A DNA stretch of 64,000 bases from an uncultured Pseudomonadota bacterium (GTDB lineage Bacteria > Pseudomonadota > Alphaproteobacteria > Rs-D84). Location of the stretch: positions 2,640 to 66,639 of the forward strand of contig CACXXP010000003.1 of assembly GCA_902771695.1 (NCBI GenBank), written 5' to 3'. The translations under genes were made by a program, and so were the position numbers. A model generated the notes under the pieces. It was not told the DNA's origin. It did no database searches and saw nothing but the letters and a program-made list of their open reading frames with translations. Positions 54,146 through 63,028 of this stretch are shown here, one piece after another (the first letter of the stretch is position 1; each line of letters opens with the position of its first letter).

Positions 54146-54180
54146 AAATAAAAATGCCCGTAATATTAATTACGGACATT
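54146..54180 (-). terminator. Intrinsic terminator after the 129-aa ORF
   Basis: Hairpin GTCCGTAAT-taat-ATTACGGGC (one mismatch) followed by a U-run on the minus strand. Confidence 0.5.
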
Positions 54181-54200
54181 TACAGATAAAAAGTGTGGAA

Positions 54201-54590
54201 TTATTTTGCCTTGACTGCAAACAGACGACCAAAGAATCCAGCACGCTTTGGATTTTTAACATATTTGCCGTCTTTATCCAGATAGTAATGTTTATCACGC
54301 CATCTGTGGCACAGTTCTTTCAATTTGGTAACTTTTCTGAATTCTTTGGCGTTTGTCCAATCAAAATTATAATCTTGACCATCAACCTTGATGTTTGCCG
54401 CGCCGGTCGCCCATGTTATTTCAAATGTGCCGTCGCGTTTTGTTTTACCGGTAATAACTTCTTTTTCCACTTTACCGGCGGCATTTTTGGTTTCCGTTAT
54501 AACCAAATCCAAATCAATTCCAAAACGCAACAGGAATTTAACACGTGCGATAACGTATTTCATCACTTTTTCGTTTCCACTTTTCGCCAT
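54201..54590 (-). CDS. Hypothetical 129-aa basic protein
   Basis: The ATG at 54590 is preceded by SD AAGGAG. The upstream part of the track ORF has no support. Confidence 0.55.
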   Translation of the reverse strand: MAKSGNEKVMKYVIARVKFLLRFGIDLDLVITETKNAAGKVEKEVITGKTKRDGTFEITWATGAANIKVDGQDYNFDWTNAKEFRKVTKLKELCHRWRDKHYYLDKDGKYVKNPKRAGFFGRLFAVKAK

Positions 54591-54671
54591 TATATTCTCC
54601 TTTTGTTTTTTATGACATTGCAATTGTACCATAAAAATCAAATAAAAACAAGGTAATGTTATGGCATATGA

Positions 54672-54687
54672 CACCCAGAAGGATTCG
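54672..54687 (-). repeat. 16-nt direct duplicate of the tRNA-Arg 3' end (att-like)
   Basis: CACCCAGAAGGATTCG is identical at 54672-54687 and 54871-54886. Confidence 0.85.
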
Positions 54688-54825
54688 CTCGCGCGGCACA
54701 TAAATATGTGCCGGCTGCGCGCAACCCGTGACGATTTCGCTGCACTCCGTTTGCAAAATCTACTTGGTTTCGAACCCTGCGTTGCTTCGCAACTTGTCGG
54801 GTTCGCATGCCCGGGGGCGACGATA

Positions 54826-54861
54826 AAAATAAAACACGGTGTTGAACCGTGTTTTATTTTT
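54826..54861 (-). terminator. Hairpin terminator directly downstream of tRNA-Arg
   Basis: AAAACACGGT-gttga-ACCGTGTTTT flanked by A/T runs. Confidence 0.65.
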
Positions 54862-54865
54862 ATCC

Positions 54866-54942
54866 TGGCGCACCCAGAAGGATTCGAACCCTCAGTCTTC
54901 TGATCCGTAGTCAGACGCTTTATCCAGTTGAGCTATGGGTGC
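54866..54942 (-). tRNA. tRNA-Arg (anticodon ACG), CCA encoded
   Basis: Acceptor GCACCCA/TGGGTGC, anticodon arm TCTGA-CTACGGA-TCAGA, T-loop GGTTCGAATCC. Confidence 0.9.
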
Positions 54943-55022
54943 AACAGCACATATTCTATATCAAATATTTTCAATTGCAAGAAAAAAACGTTTTATAATA
55001 TAATCTTGGCAAAGGGCATAAA

Positions 55023-55619
55023 ATGGCGATTTTTTTGTTGTGGTTCATTATAATTTTTGCGGCCGCTTTTGAAATATTATTGTTGTTTGTGTTGGGGGAA
55101 TATATATATGCCACAACAGTTCGTCATCAATATCCGGCTGTGTCGGCCTGTGTGGAACATCGTAGGGCCATTGTTGATGAAATCATAAAACATTACCCAA
55201 ATACCAAAACCATTGTTGATATCGGCGCAGGACACGGACGATTGGCGCGTGCAATGGGGCGGATTAGTAATGTGCACATAATTGCCGTTGAAAATATAGG
55301 ATTTAGTGTGTTTGTAATGCGTGTGTTGAACCATATATTTGATGCCCAAAATGTTCAGGTCGTTTATGCTGATGCATTTGAATATATAAAAAAATCACCC
55401 AGAAAATATGATGTTGGGGTTGCGTATCTGGGGCCGGCAATGAACGCGCGGTTGGGCGATATTGCAAATAATTTTCGTGTGATTATAACACTGGATGCGG
55501 AAATTCCGGGTATGCGTGCTACACGAATCATAGATATTTCAGATGGCAAATATACATACTATCCCCACGTTGGGAAATATCCGCACCGTCTGTTTATTTA
55601 TGAATTTAACAAAATTTAA
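55023..55619 (+). CDS. Class I SAM-dependent methyltransferase with an N-terminal TM helix
   Basis: Motif I IVDIGAGHGRLARAM. Confidence 0.65.
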   Translation: MAIFLLWFIIIFAAAFEILLLFVLGEYIYATTVRHQYPAVSACVEHRRAIVDEIIKHYPNTKTIVDIGAGHGRLARAMGRISNVHIIAVENIGFSVFVMRVLNHIFDAQNVQVVYADAFEYIKKSPRKYDVGVAYLGPAMNARLGDIANNFRVIITLDAEIPGMRATRIIDISDGKYTYYPHVGKYPHRLFIYEFNKI

Positions 55620-56191
55620 TGCGCACCACGATTATAGTATAATTCATAAAAGTGGTTCCGGCACACCGATTTGTAATTGTCATCGCCCAATGCAAATTGT
55701 TCGCCTTCGCGTATGACTTTACCGTGGGCATCAAAACGCAGATGATGTGTGGCCAGACATTTACAACCGTTCATTTGGCATGTTGATTTCAACCGATGCA
55801 GTTTTGCACCGACCTCTATTAACCGTTTTGATGCCGGGAACATGTGTTCGTTGCTGTCAACCAACAATCCATAGCACATAACAATCTTGCCCTGGGTATC
55901 GGCGATATGGACCAGTTTATTAATATCATCTGGGGTAAAGAATTGGACTTCGTCTACGAATAAAACATCAGTATTTGGATTGATTGCGTATTCGTTCAAA
56001 CTTTTCAATGCAACCGCATCCGCCGACAGTCCGATACGAGAAGTGACTTTTGTGGCACCAAATCGTGTATCGTATGCGGGTTTTATAATTTCTGTATGGA
56101 TTTTATTTTGATTATAGTTGTACGAATTTATAAGCAGGGCGGCTGATTTGGAACTGCCCATGACACCATAATAAAAATGCAGGTTAGCCAT
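55616..56191 (-). CDS. tdk: Thymidine kinase
   Basis: P-loop GVMGSSKSA, VDEVQFF and a C-terminal Cys zinc ribbon C..C....C. Confidence 0.9.
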   Translation of the reverse strand: MANLHFYYGVMGSSKSAALLINSYNYNQNKIHTEIIKPAYDTRFGATKVTSRIGLSADAVALKSLNEYAINPNTDVLFVDEVQFFTPDDINKLVHIADTQGKIVMCYGLLVDSNEHMFPASKRLIEVGAKLHRLKSTCQMNGCKCLATHHLRFDAHGKVIREGEQFALGDDNYKSVCRNHFYELYYNRGAH

Positions 56192-56214
56192 TTCTTATTC
56201 TCCTTTACCTTGGG

Positions 56215-57141
56215 TTACATAGATTCCAATCGTTTTATTCTCTCTTTAACAGGCGGATGGGTCGCCATCAGTTCCCCAAAAAATGCCCGTTTCCCCGATG
56301 GGTTTGCAATACATACCGATGCCATTGAATTTTGTTTCGCCAATGATTCAACATGTGAATTGCCCGAAATCTTGCGCAAGGCATTTGCCAATGCATGTGG
56401 ATTGCGGGTTATTTGTGCACCGCACGCATCTGCCGCAAATTCACGCTTGCGCGAAATTGCCATATGCAAAATTGGACTGATAATAACATTGAAAACCATA
56501 AATGCCAACCAAACCATAAACATAACCGCCGCCGTGTTGTTTTTACCGTCATTATCCGACCGAGAATATGTTATGCCGCGCAACAATGCGTCCGCAATAA
56601 ATACGGTTACACCAATTCCGGTAATAACAAACATATCAAGACGAATGTCGCGATTACCAATATGTGCCATTTCGTGCGCAATTACACCTTCCAGTTCCAA
56701 ACGATCCAATTTTTCAACAATGCCGCGTGTCAAGGCAACGGTTGCATCGCGTGGACTGCGCCCGGTGGCAAACGCATTCAGACCAGAATCATTTATGACA
56801 TAAACGCGCGGTGTGGGCAATCCCGCCGCCAGTGCCACATTTTCTACAGATTTATAAATATATCTGTAATCTGGGTCGGCATCATTTATTTGGGTCGCCC
56901 CCGCCATAGACAACATCATAGAATCACCAAATGCCCATGATATCAGCATCCACACCAAACATACAACACCCGTTGGTATTGCAACCGATATCGCCGTGTT
57001 CAATGCATCGCGTGGGGGCATGATAATCCATGTGAATAAAAACACCAATGCAATAAAAATCACTGGGAACAAAACAACCAATACGGCCGTTTTAATATTA
57101 TTGGAACGAATATGATCGTAAACAGTTTTGACTTTTTTCAT
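56215..57141 (-). CDS. htpX: Protease HtpX (M48)
   Basis: HEMAHIGNRD motif and four TM segments. The start is taken at MKKVKTVYDH (57141). Confidence 0.85.
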   Translation of the reverse strand: MKKVKTVYDHIRSNNIKTAVLVVLFPVIFIALVFLFTWIIMPPRDALNTAISVAIPTGVVCLVWMLISWAFGDSMMLSMAGATQINDADPDYRYIYKSVENVALAAGLPTPRVYVINDSGLNAFATGRSPRDATVALTRGIVEKLDRLELEGVIAHEMAHIGNRDIRLDMFVITGIGVTVFIADALLRGITYSRSDNDGKNNTAAVMFMVWLAFMVFNVIISPILHMAISRKREFAADACGAQITRNPHALANALRKISGNSHVESLAKQNSMASVCIANPSGKRAFFGELMATHPPVKERIKRLESM

Positions 57142-57216
57142 ATTTATGATGGTATACAAAAAATATTCATGGTTCAACAGATTTATTTTTATCCAAAAAC
57201 GTGCTAAAATACCGAT

Positions 57217-58104
57217 ATGGCGGTTATGTGGAAAAAGATTTGTTTGATTGCAATTTGTGTTGCATGCGTGCCTGCGTATGCTGGTTTTTTGCAACCAACA
57301 TCTTTTCCAAAAACAATTGACGATTTATCTTTTATTGACCGGTTGGCACTGAAAAGGGCGGCATACGAACAATTTGAAAGCGAATATGATGAAAACGGGA
57401 ACTGTATTTCGGGGTGCGCGTATGCATTGCCCAAATGGGAAGACGAATTGGCGGCCATGGAACGTTATAATCACCTGTCGCGTCAAGAATTGGTCACGCA
57501 ACACGGGTATACCGAAAACCCAGATGGAACTGTGACGCCACCTGCGCCAACGGCACCTTTACAGGTTCAATTCCCAGATGTCACGCCCCCCGCACAACCG
57601 ACACAACCCGCACAACCGACACAACCCGTACAACCAACGCCCCCCGTTGTTGCAGATGCAAATTGTGCAGACCGAAACCCCAGTTTTGGAAATCGTGATA
57701 TTCCATATGGAAACCCATTGGGACATATTGTGTGTATATCTTCGCCGTACGGTCCGCGTGATTTATTCGGCCGCAAATTTCATTATGGTATGGATTTTGC
57801 CGCCCCAACTGGAACACCAGTATATGCACCGGCAAATGGTGTTGTGGACATAGTGTTCGTGCAAAATAAAAGTTGTGGAAACGGTCTGGTGATTGAACAT
57901 TCTGCGGGTTATTCCACCCAGTATTGCCATTTCAGTTCTGTATCGGTTAAAAAGGGCGACAAAGTATCGGCGGGGTGTTTAATCGGTAAAAGTGGCAACA
58001 CCGGACAAAGTACAGGTCCACACCTGCATTATGCTGTTATCAAAGATGGACATAAAATTGACCCTGCGGACTTTATTGAACCGGGTCATAAACGTTGTCA
58101 TTGA
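57217..58104 (+). CDS. M23-family peptidoglycan endopeptidase with a Pro/Gln/Thr repeat linker
   Basis: HYGMDFAAPTGTPVYA and GNTGQSTGPHLHY. Linker PAQPTQPAQPTQPVQPTPP. Confidence 0.85.
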   Translation: MAVMWKKICLIAICVACVPAYAGFLQPTSFPKTIDDLSFIDRLALKRAAYEQFESEYDENGNCISGCAYALPKWEDELAAMERYNHLSRQELVTQHGYTENPDGTVTPPAPTAPLQVQFPDVTPPAQPTQPAQPTQPVQPTPPVVADANCADRNPSFGNRDIPYGNPLGHIVCISSPYGPRDLFGRKFHYGMDFAAPTGTPVYAPANGVVDIVFVQNKSCGNGLVIEHSAGYSTQYCHFSSVSVKKGDKVSAGCLIGKSGNTGQSTGPHLHYAVIKDGHKIDPADFIEPGHKRCH

Positions 58105-58462
58105 CTTTGCGAAATTTTACACCAAAACTGCCGTTATTTAATGGGGTGCAAGAAATTATATATGGGCTAAGCACGCTGTCGCGGACCCATTCTTGAAACT
58201 TTATTTTCAATATGCCACTGGCACCAGTGATGATTGTTGCGCTTTTCGCCCCAGATTTCGCAATTAACATAATTTCACCCCACGCCTGTTCTATTGTGTA
58301 CATATGCAAATCCAATGTGACATGCGATGGAATTTGGGATTGTTGTGGAATGCGGCGTGACAGTTTCAATTCGCCACGGACGCGTTTTCGTGTATCATTA
58401 TCATCGGGCGTAAATTCTGCCCCAATCATATCGGCAATATCTTTGTCGGTAAGGTTTCGCAT
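58073..58462 (-). CDS. Smr-domain protein
   Basis: LDLHMYTIEQAW....TIITGASG pattern of Smr/MutS2-C domains. Confidence 0.7.
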   Translation of the reverse strand: MRNLTDKDIADMIGAEFTPDDNDTRKRVRGELKLSRRIPQQSQIPSHVTLDLHMYTIEQAWGEIMLIAKSGAKSATIITGASGILKIKFQEWVRDSVLSPYIISCTPLNNGSFGVKFRKVNDNVYDPVQ

Positions 58463-58463
58463 A

Positions 58464-59189
58464 TTACTTTTTCAACTTTTTTGCCCAATCGCTGTCCGGA
58501 AAATTCAATTTCAACATTTCCGCATAACCATCGGCTTGTTCGGTCAGTCCGATTGCGGTATATGCTTCGGTCAGACGATACATTGCTTCGGCCGGCATAA
58601 CGGTGTCTTGGGCATCGGTTATAACAGATTGTAATTTTGTAATTGCACTGGCCCAATTTTCTTTACGCATATCAACACGTGCAGAATACATGACCTTGCC
58701 CGCGATATAGTTTTTCAGAATATTGATTTTGTTTTTCGCATTTTTTGCATACGGTGAATTTGGAAAACGATTTGTTAATTGCTGAAATTGTTGCAGAGCA
58801 TAAACCGACATGCCGGGTTCACGACGAACATCACTGACCTGGCGATAATAGCACATACCACGCAAATACAGCATGTATGGAACATCCGAATGTCCCGGGT
58901 GGAATCGCATAAACCGGTCAATTGTTAAAATTGCCGATGGAAATTCATTGTCCAAATATTGCGAATATGCCGCCATTACCAATGCGTCTGCGGCCCATTC
59001 ACTGGCGGGATATTGTGTTTCTGCCGTTAAAAACTTTTCTGCGGCATCGTCATAATCTTTATCTTCAAATTCGCGATACGCCGCATCGTAAATGTCTGCC
59101 AACGGTTCTTGGGGAACGATTTCTTGACCATCACCACCACATCCGGCCAACAAAACACACGTAAAAAATGCAAGAAATATTTTTTTCAT
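58464..59189 (-). CDS. bamD: Outer membrane protein assembly factor BamD
   Basis: Lipobox LLAGCGG and a TPR-like YfiO pattern (..YPASEWA.DA....AY..). Confidence 0.85.
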   Translation of the reverse strand: MKKIFLAFFTCVLLAGCGGDGQEIVPQEPLADIYDAAYREFEDKDYDDAAEKFLTAETQYPASEWAADALVMAAYSQYLDNEFPSAILTIDRFMRFHPGHSDVPYMLYLRGMCYYRQVSDVRREPGMSVYALQQFQQLTNRFPNSPYAKNAKNKINILKNYIAGKVMYSARVDMRKENWASAITKLQSVITDAQDTVMPAEAMYRLTEAYTAIGLTEQADGYAEMLKLNFPDSDWAKKLKK

Positions 59190-59243
59190 ATCTGTTTATT
59201 CCTGTCTTGATTTTGGTTATTTGACTTTAGTATAATCTAAACC

Positions 59244-60707
59244 ATGAAACTTGGCAAACATATTTTCGGCGTTGGTCTTATGACCGGAATAAGTCGCATA
59301 TTTGGGTTTATTCGCGATATGCTGATTGCGCGTGTATTGGGGGCAGGGCGACTGTCAGACATATTTTTGGCGGCATTTAAATTACCAAATTTATTTCGTG
59401 ATTTGTTGGGCGAAGGTGCATTGTCCGCAATTTTTATTCCTATGTACGCCGATTCCAAACACGATGAATCATTTGCAAAAAATGTTTTTTCATGGTTGAT
59501 GGTGGTCTTGTTGGGTATCACGGTTGTGTTTGAAATATTTATGCCGTTGGTGGTTTGGGTTTTGGCACCTGGGTTTGCGGACGATCCCGGTAAAATGGAA
59601 TTGACCGTTGTTATTTCCCGTATAATGTTTTTCTATGTTATTTTTGTGTGCAGCGCCGCGTTCTTGGCGGCGGTTTTGAACGCATTTTCACGGTTTGTTT
59701 TGGCGGCATTTATGCCGGTAATGTTAAATATTATGCTGATTATTGCATTGTTGGCATCGGCATATATGGGGGCATCTGATTCCGTACTTTATATCATGGC
59801 GGGAACGGTGGTACTGTCTGGGATAATTCAATGCCTGGTGTTGTTGTCCCGTATACGCAGTCGCCATTTCGGTTTACGCTTGGTGATACCGCGTTGGACA
59901 AATGGCATAAAGACAATGTTCAAACGTTTTGGGGTCAGTATCATTGGAAACGGATTTTACCAAATTACAATTATCCTTGGAACATTGGTGGCAAGTTTTG
60001 AAAGTGGGGCGGTTTCGTGGTTGTATTATTCCGATCGTATTGTTCAATTGCCTTTTGCGATGATTGGTTTGGCGGTTGGGACTGTTTTGATGTCGTCTAT
60101 TTCTAATGCACTTGCCGAAAAGAATATGCGCAGTGTGTATATCCAACAGAATTCATCTATGCGTCAATCTATGATGCTGATAATGCCGTGTTTGGTGGGG
60201 CTGTTTGTATTGGCGGAACCGATAATAAAATATCTGTTTGAATATGGTGCATGGACGCCACATTCCACACATGCCGTTGCGGTTGCAATTATGATTCAGG
60301 TGTTCGTATTGCCTGCCATGTTAATCAGCCAGATTTACAGCAAGACATTATATGCAAGCCAAGATGTTAAAACGCCGGTCAAAACCAGTGTTATATCATT
60401 GGCGGTGGCATCCATTTTGTATGTAGGATTGTTCTGGTTCGTTGGATATTTGGCAATACCAATTGGTGTTGTGGTTAGCGGATATGTGAAAAATTACCTG
60501 TTGGGACGGGCATGTCGTCGCAAAGGTTTGGTTAAAATAGACGGTCGGACAATTCGTGCGATGGTGGTGTTTGCCGTATTGTCAGGGGTTTTGGGTGCGG
60601 TATTATGGTTTGTTCCGATTACTGGATTTATATCACTGGGGTTGGCAATTGCGGGTTTTGGAATGGTTTACTTGCCAATCGCATTTGTATTGAACCGCAA
60701 AATATAA
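59244..60707 (+). CDS. murJ: Lipid II flippase MurJ
   Basis: N-terminal GLMTGISRIFGFIRDMLIARVLGAG. About 14 TM segments. Confidence 0.9.
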   Translation: MKLGKHIFGVGLMTGISRIFGFIRDMLIARVLGAGRLSDIFLAAFKLPNLFRDLLGEGALSAIFIPMYADSKHDESFAKNVFSWLMVVLLGITVVFEIFMPLVVWVLAPGFADDPGKMELTVVISRIMFFYVIFVCSAAFLAAVLNAFSRFVLAAFMPVMLNIMLIIALLASAYMGASDSVLYIMAGTVVLSGIIQCLVLLSRIRSRHFGLRLVIPRWTNGIKTMFKRFGVSIIGNGFYQITIILGTLVASFESGAVSWLYYSDRIVQLPFAMIGLAVGTVLMSSISNALAEKNMRSVYIQQNSSMRQSMMLIMPCLVGLFVLAEPIIKYLFEYGAWTPHSTHAVAVAIMIQVFVLPAMLISQIYSKTLYASQDVKTPVKTSVISLAVASILYVGLFWFVGYLAIPIGVVVSGYVKNYLLGRACRRKGLVKIDGRTIRAMVVFAVLSGVLGAVLWFVPITGFISLGLAIAGFGMVYLPIAFVLNRKI

Positions 60708-60778
60708 TATAAAATAAAGTTGAAACCTTGCTTTTTATATGATAGAATACATCGTATAAGAATGTAAGGAGTCCTTCT

Positions 60779-61648
60779 ATGAAAAAATTGGTATCTGTTG
60801 CAGTATTAGCTGCGTTACTTGGGGCCTGTGCGGAAACGACACAGCCGAATGAATACGGTTCCGATGGGTTTGCCGAAGAAGCGTTGGTTTCAGAAAATTT
60901 GAACGATGCATATTTGTTGGCGCCGGCACCACGTTATTACATTGGTAATGCGTACAAGGTTGAAGATGTACAGTATATACCAACCGAAGATTATTCATAT
61001 AACCAAACTGGGATGGCGGGCATAATTCCGGCCGAATTAAATGGTACGAAAACCAGCAACGGTGAAACATATAACATGAATCAAATGGTCGCAACCAGTA
61101 AAACTTTGCCATTGCCGACAATCGCAAAGGTCACAAACCTGGAAAATGGCGAAGATGTTATTGTTCGTGTGAACAATCGTGGCCCGTTTGTTAATACTAG
61201 AATTATGGATTTGTCTGCGGCCGCGGCCCAGAAAATTGGTTTGACCAATCAGTCAAAAATCCAAATCCAAGTTTTGCCAGAACAATCTATGGCGGTCAAA
61301 AATGCAACATTAGGCGTTGCACCAGCGGCCAAAGAAGTTGAAACAACCGAAGAACCGGCACCGGTTGCACAACCGCAGCCAGAACCGAAACCGGCCCCAG
61401 CCGCCACGGGTGATTACAGCGTCCAAGTCGCGGCTTTCTATGCCGAAGACAGTGCAAATGCATTGCAGAGCCGTATGCGTAATTATGGCGACGCGGTTGT
61501 CGTAAAAGAAGGTGACATGTACAAGGTTCGTATTGTTAACCTGGATGCAACGGGTGCACGTCGTGTAATTGATACACTGCGCAGCAACGAAGGCATGGCA
61601 CCGGGTCTGTTAAAGAACGGCCGCTGGATAAATGCAGACAGCATTTAA
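60779..61648 (+). CDS. rlpA: Septal ring lytic transglycosylase RlpA-family lipoprotein (DPBB plus SPOR)
   Basis: Lipobox LLGACAE, DPBB region TSNGETYN..ATSKTLPLPT.AKVTNLENG..V.VRVNNRGPF and SPOR region YSVQVAAF. Confidence 0.85.
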   Translation: MKKLVSVAVLAALLGACAETTQPNEYGSDGFAEEALVSENLNDAYLLAPAPRYYIGNAYKVEDVQYIPTEDYSYNQTGMAGIIPAELNGTKTSNGETYNMNQMVATSKTLPLPTIAKVTNLENGEDVIVRVNNRGPFVNTRIMDLSAAAAQKIGLTNQSKIQIQVLPEQSMAVKNATLGVAPAAKEVETTEEPAPVAQPQPEPKPAPAATGDYSVQVAAFYAEDSANALQSRMRNYGDAVVVKEGDMYKVRIVNLDATGARRVIDTLRSNEGMAPGLLKNGRWINADSI

Positions 61649-61670
61649 TACCAATTGCAGATATATAAAA

Positions 61671-61698
61671 ATTCCCACGTTATGTGGGAATTTTTTTT
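61671..61698 (+). terminator. Intrinsic terminator after rlpA
   Basis: ATTCCCAC-gttat-GTGGGAAT followed by T8. Confidence 0.7.
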
Positions 61699-61767
61699 AT
61701 ATTTATAATCTTGTGTTTTTTCAAGTTTTTAATTCACTTTTGGAAATAGTGTGTTATTCTTCTGGTT

Positions 61768-62661
61768 ATGACAAAGACATATTCTGGATTTATTACAATT
61801 GTGGGACCGACAAATGCCGGCAAAAGTACCTTGTTGAATCAAATTATGGGACGCAAGGTATCAATTGTTTCGCACAAGGTTCAAACCACACGAACAAATT
61901 TTCGGGCGATAAAAATGGTTGGCAATCGCCAATTGATTTTTACCGATACCCCGGGGATTTTCCGTCCAAATCGGCGCTTGGATCGGGCGATGGTTGGGGC
62001 GGTGATGGACGCACTGGCAGACGCAGATGCAGTATTGCTGATTATTGATGCGACCAAGGGGATTACAGATACCGTGCGTGGCATTGTTGATAAAATTCGC
62101 GATAACAAAAATCTGTTTGTTGCATTGAATAAAACAGATGCCGTTAAAAAAGGCGATTTGTTGCCAATTGCTGCGGAATTAAACGAAATGGCAAACTTTC
62201 GGGAAATATTTATGATTTCGGCCATGAAAAATGACGGAATCGCAGAAATGTTGGATGGTTTGGCGGCTGTTATGCCGGAATCACCGTATCTGTTTGATGC
62301 GCACGATGATGTTGATATCCCAGATAATTTGTATTTGTCAGAATTAACACGTGAAAAGATATATCGGTATATCCACCAAGAATTGCCGTATCACATAAAC
62401 GTTGTCACGGAACACGTGGATGTTGATAACGAAGGCGTATTGGATATATACCAAAAAATTGTTGTGGCCAGCGAGGCACACAAAAAGATTGTCGTGGGAC
62501 GTGGCGGTGCCCAATTAAAACAAATAGGTGTGGCCGCCCGGCACGATATACAAGACCAATGGGGGGTGAACGCGCGATTGCATTTGTTTGTGCGTGTGGA
62601 AGAAAATTGGGAAGATATGGCGGAAAATTACACCGACCAAGGTCTAGAATTCAAGAAATAA
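61768..62661 (+). CDS. era: GTPase Era
   Basis: G1 GPTNAGKST, G3 DTPG, G4 NKTD and a C-terminal KH domain. Confidence 0.95.
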   Translation: MTKTYSGFITIVGPTNAGKSTLLNQIMGRKVSIVSHKVQTTRTNFRAIKMVGNRQLIFTDTPGIFRPNRRLDRAMVGAVMDALADADAVLLIIDATKGITDTVRGIVDKIRDNKNLFVALNKTDAVKKGDLLPIAAELNEMANFREIFMISAMKNDGIAEMLDGLAAVMPESPYLFDAHDDVDIPDNLYLSELTREKIYRYIHQELPYHINVVTEHVDVDNEGVLDIYQKIVVASEAHKKIVVGRGGAQLKQIGVAARHDIQDQWGVNARLHLFVRVEENWEDMAENYTDQGLEFKK

Positions 62662-62671
62662 AGGGTTAAAT

Positions 62672-63028
62672 ATGAAAAAAAATATAAAAAATGCGGCATT
62701 TTTGTCGTTGCTTGCGTTGATGGGGTGTACACATCATAAAAATGTTGTTCAAAATGCGACTATGACACGCGCATTGTTGAAAGATGCAAAAACAGGCCAA
62801 GAAAGAATCTATGAATGTCCAAATAATGATGATATGAAAAGAGTTCTTATTTGGCTGGATAACGGCGCAACGGTTGATATTGTTTCGCGTGATTATGATA
62901 ACACGTTGATACTGACACCGGAAAATTGCAGATTTTTGTATGACAAAGAACAAGTAAACCGTTACATGCAAGAATTAGAATTGGCAAAAAAGAAGGCCGA
63001 AATGAATTATATGGAAATCTCAAAATAA
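62672..63028 (+). CDS. Hypothetical lipoprotein
   Basis: Lipobox LALMGC. 118 aa. Confidence 0.6.
   Translation: MKKNIKNAAFLSLLALMGCTHHKNVVQNATMTRALLKDAKTGQERIYECPNNDDMKRVLIWLDNGATVDIVSRDYDNTLILTPENCRFLYDKEQVNRYMQELELAKKKAEMNYMEISK

Noticed and set aside
54661-54903. 80-aa plus-strand ORF across the tRNA-Arg 3' end and the GC-rich remnant; likewise 41722-41937 across tRNA-Ala
   Set aside because: Both overlap tRNA genes and terminator hairpins. They are most simply explained as chance ORFs.
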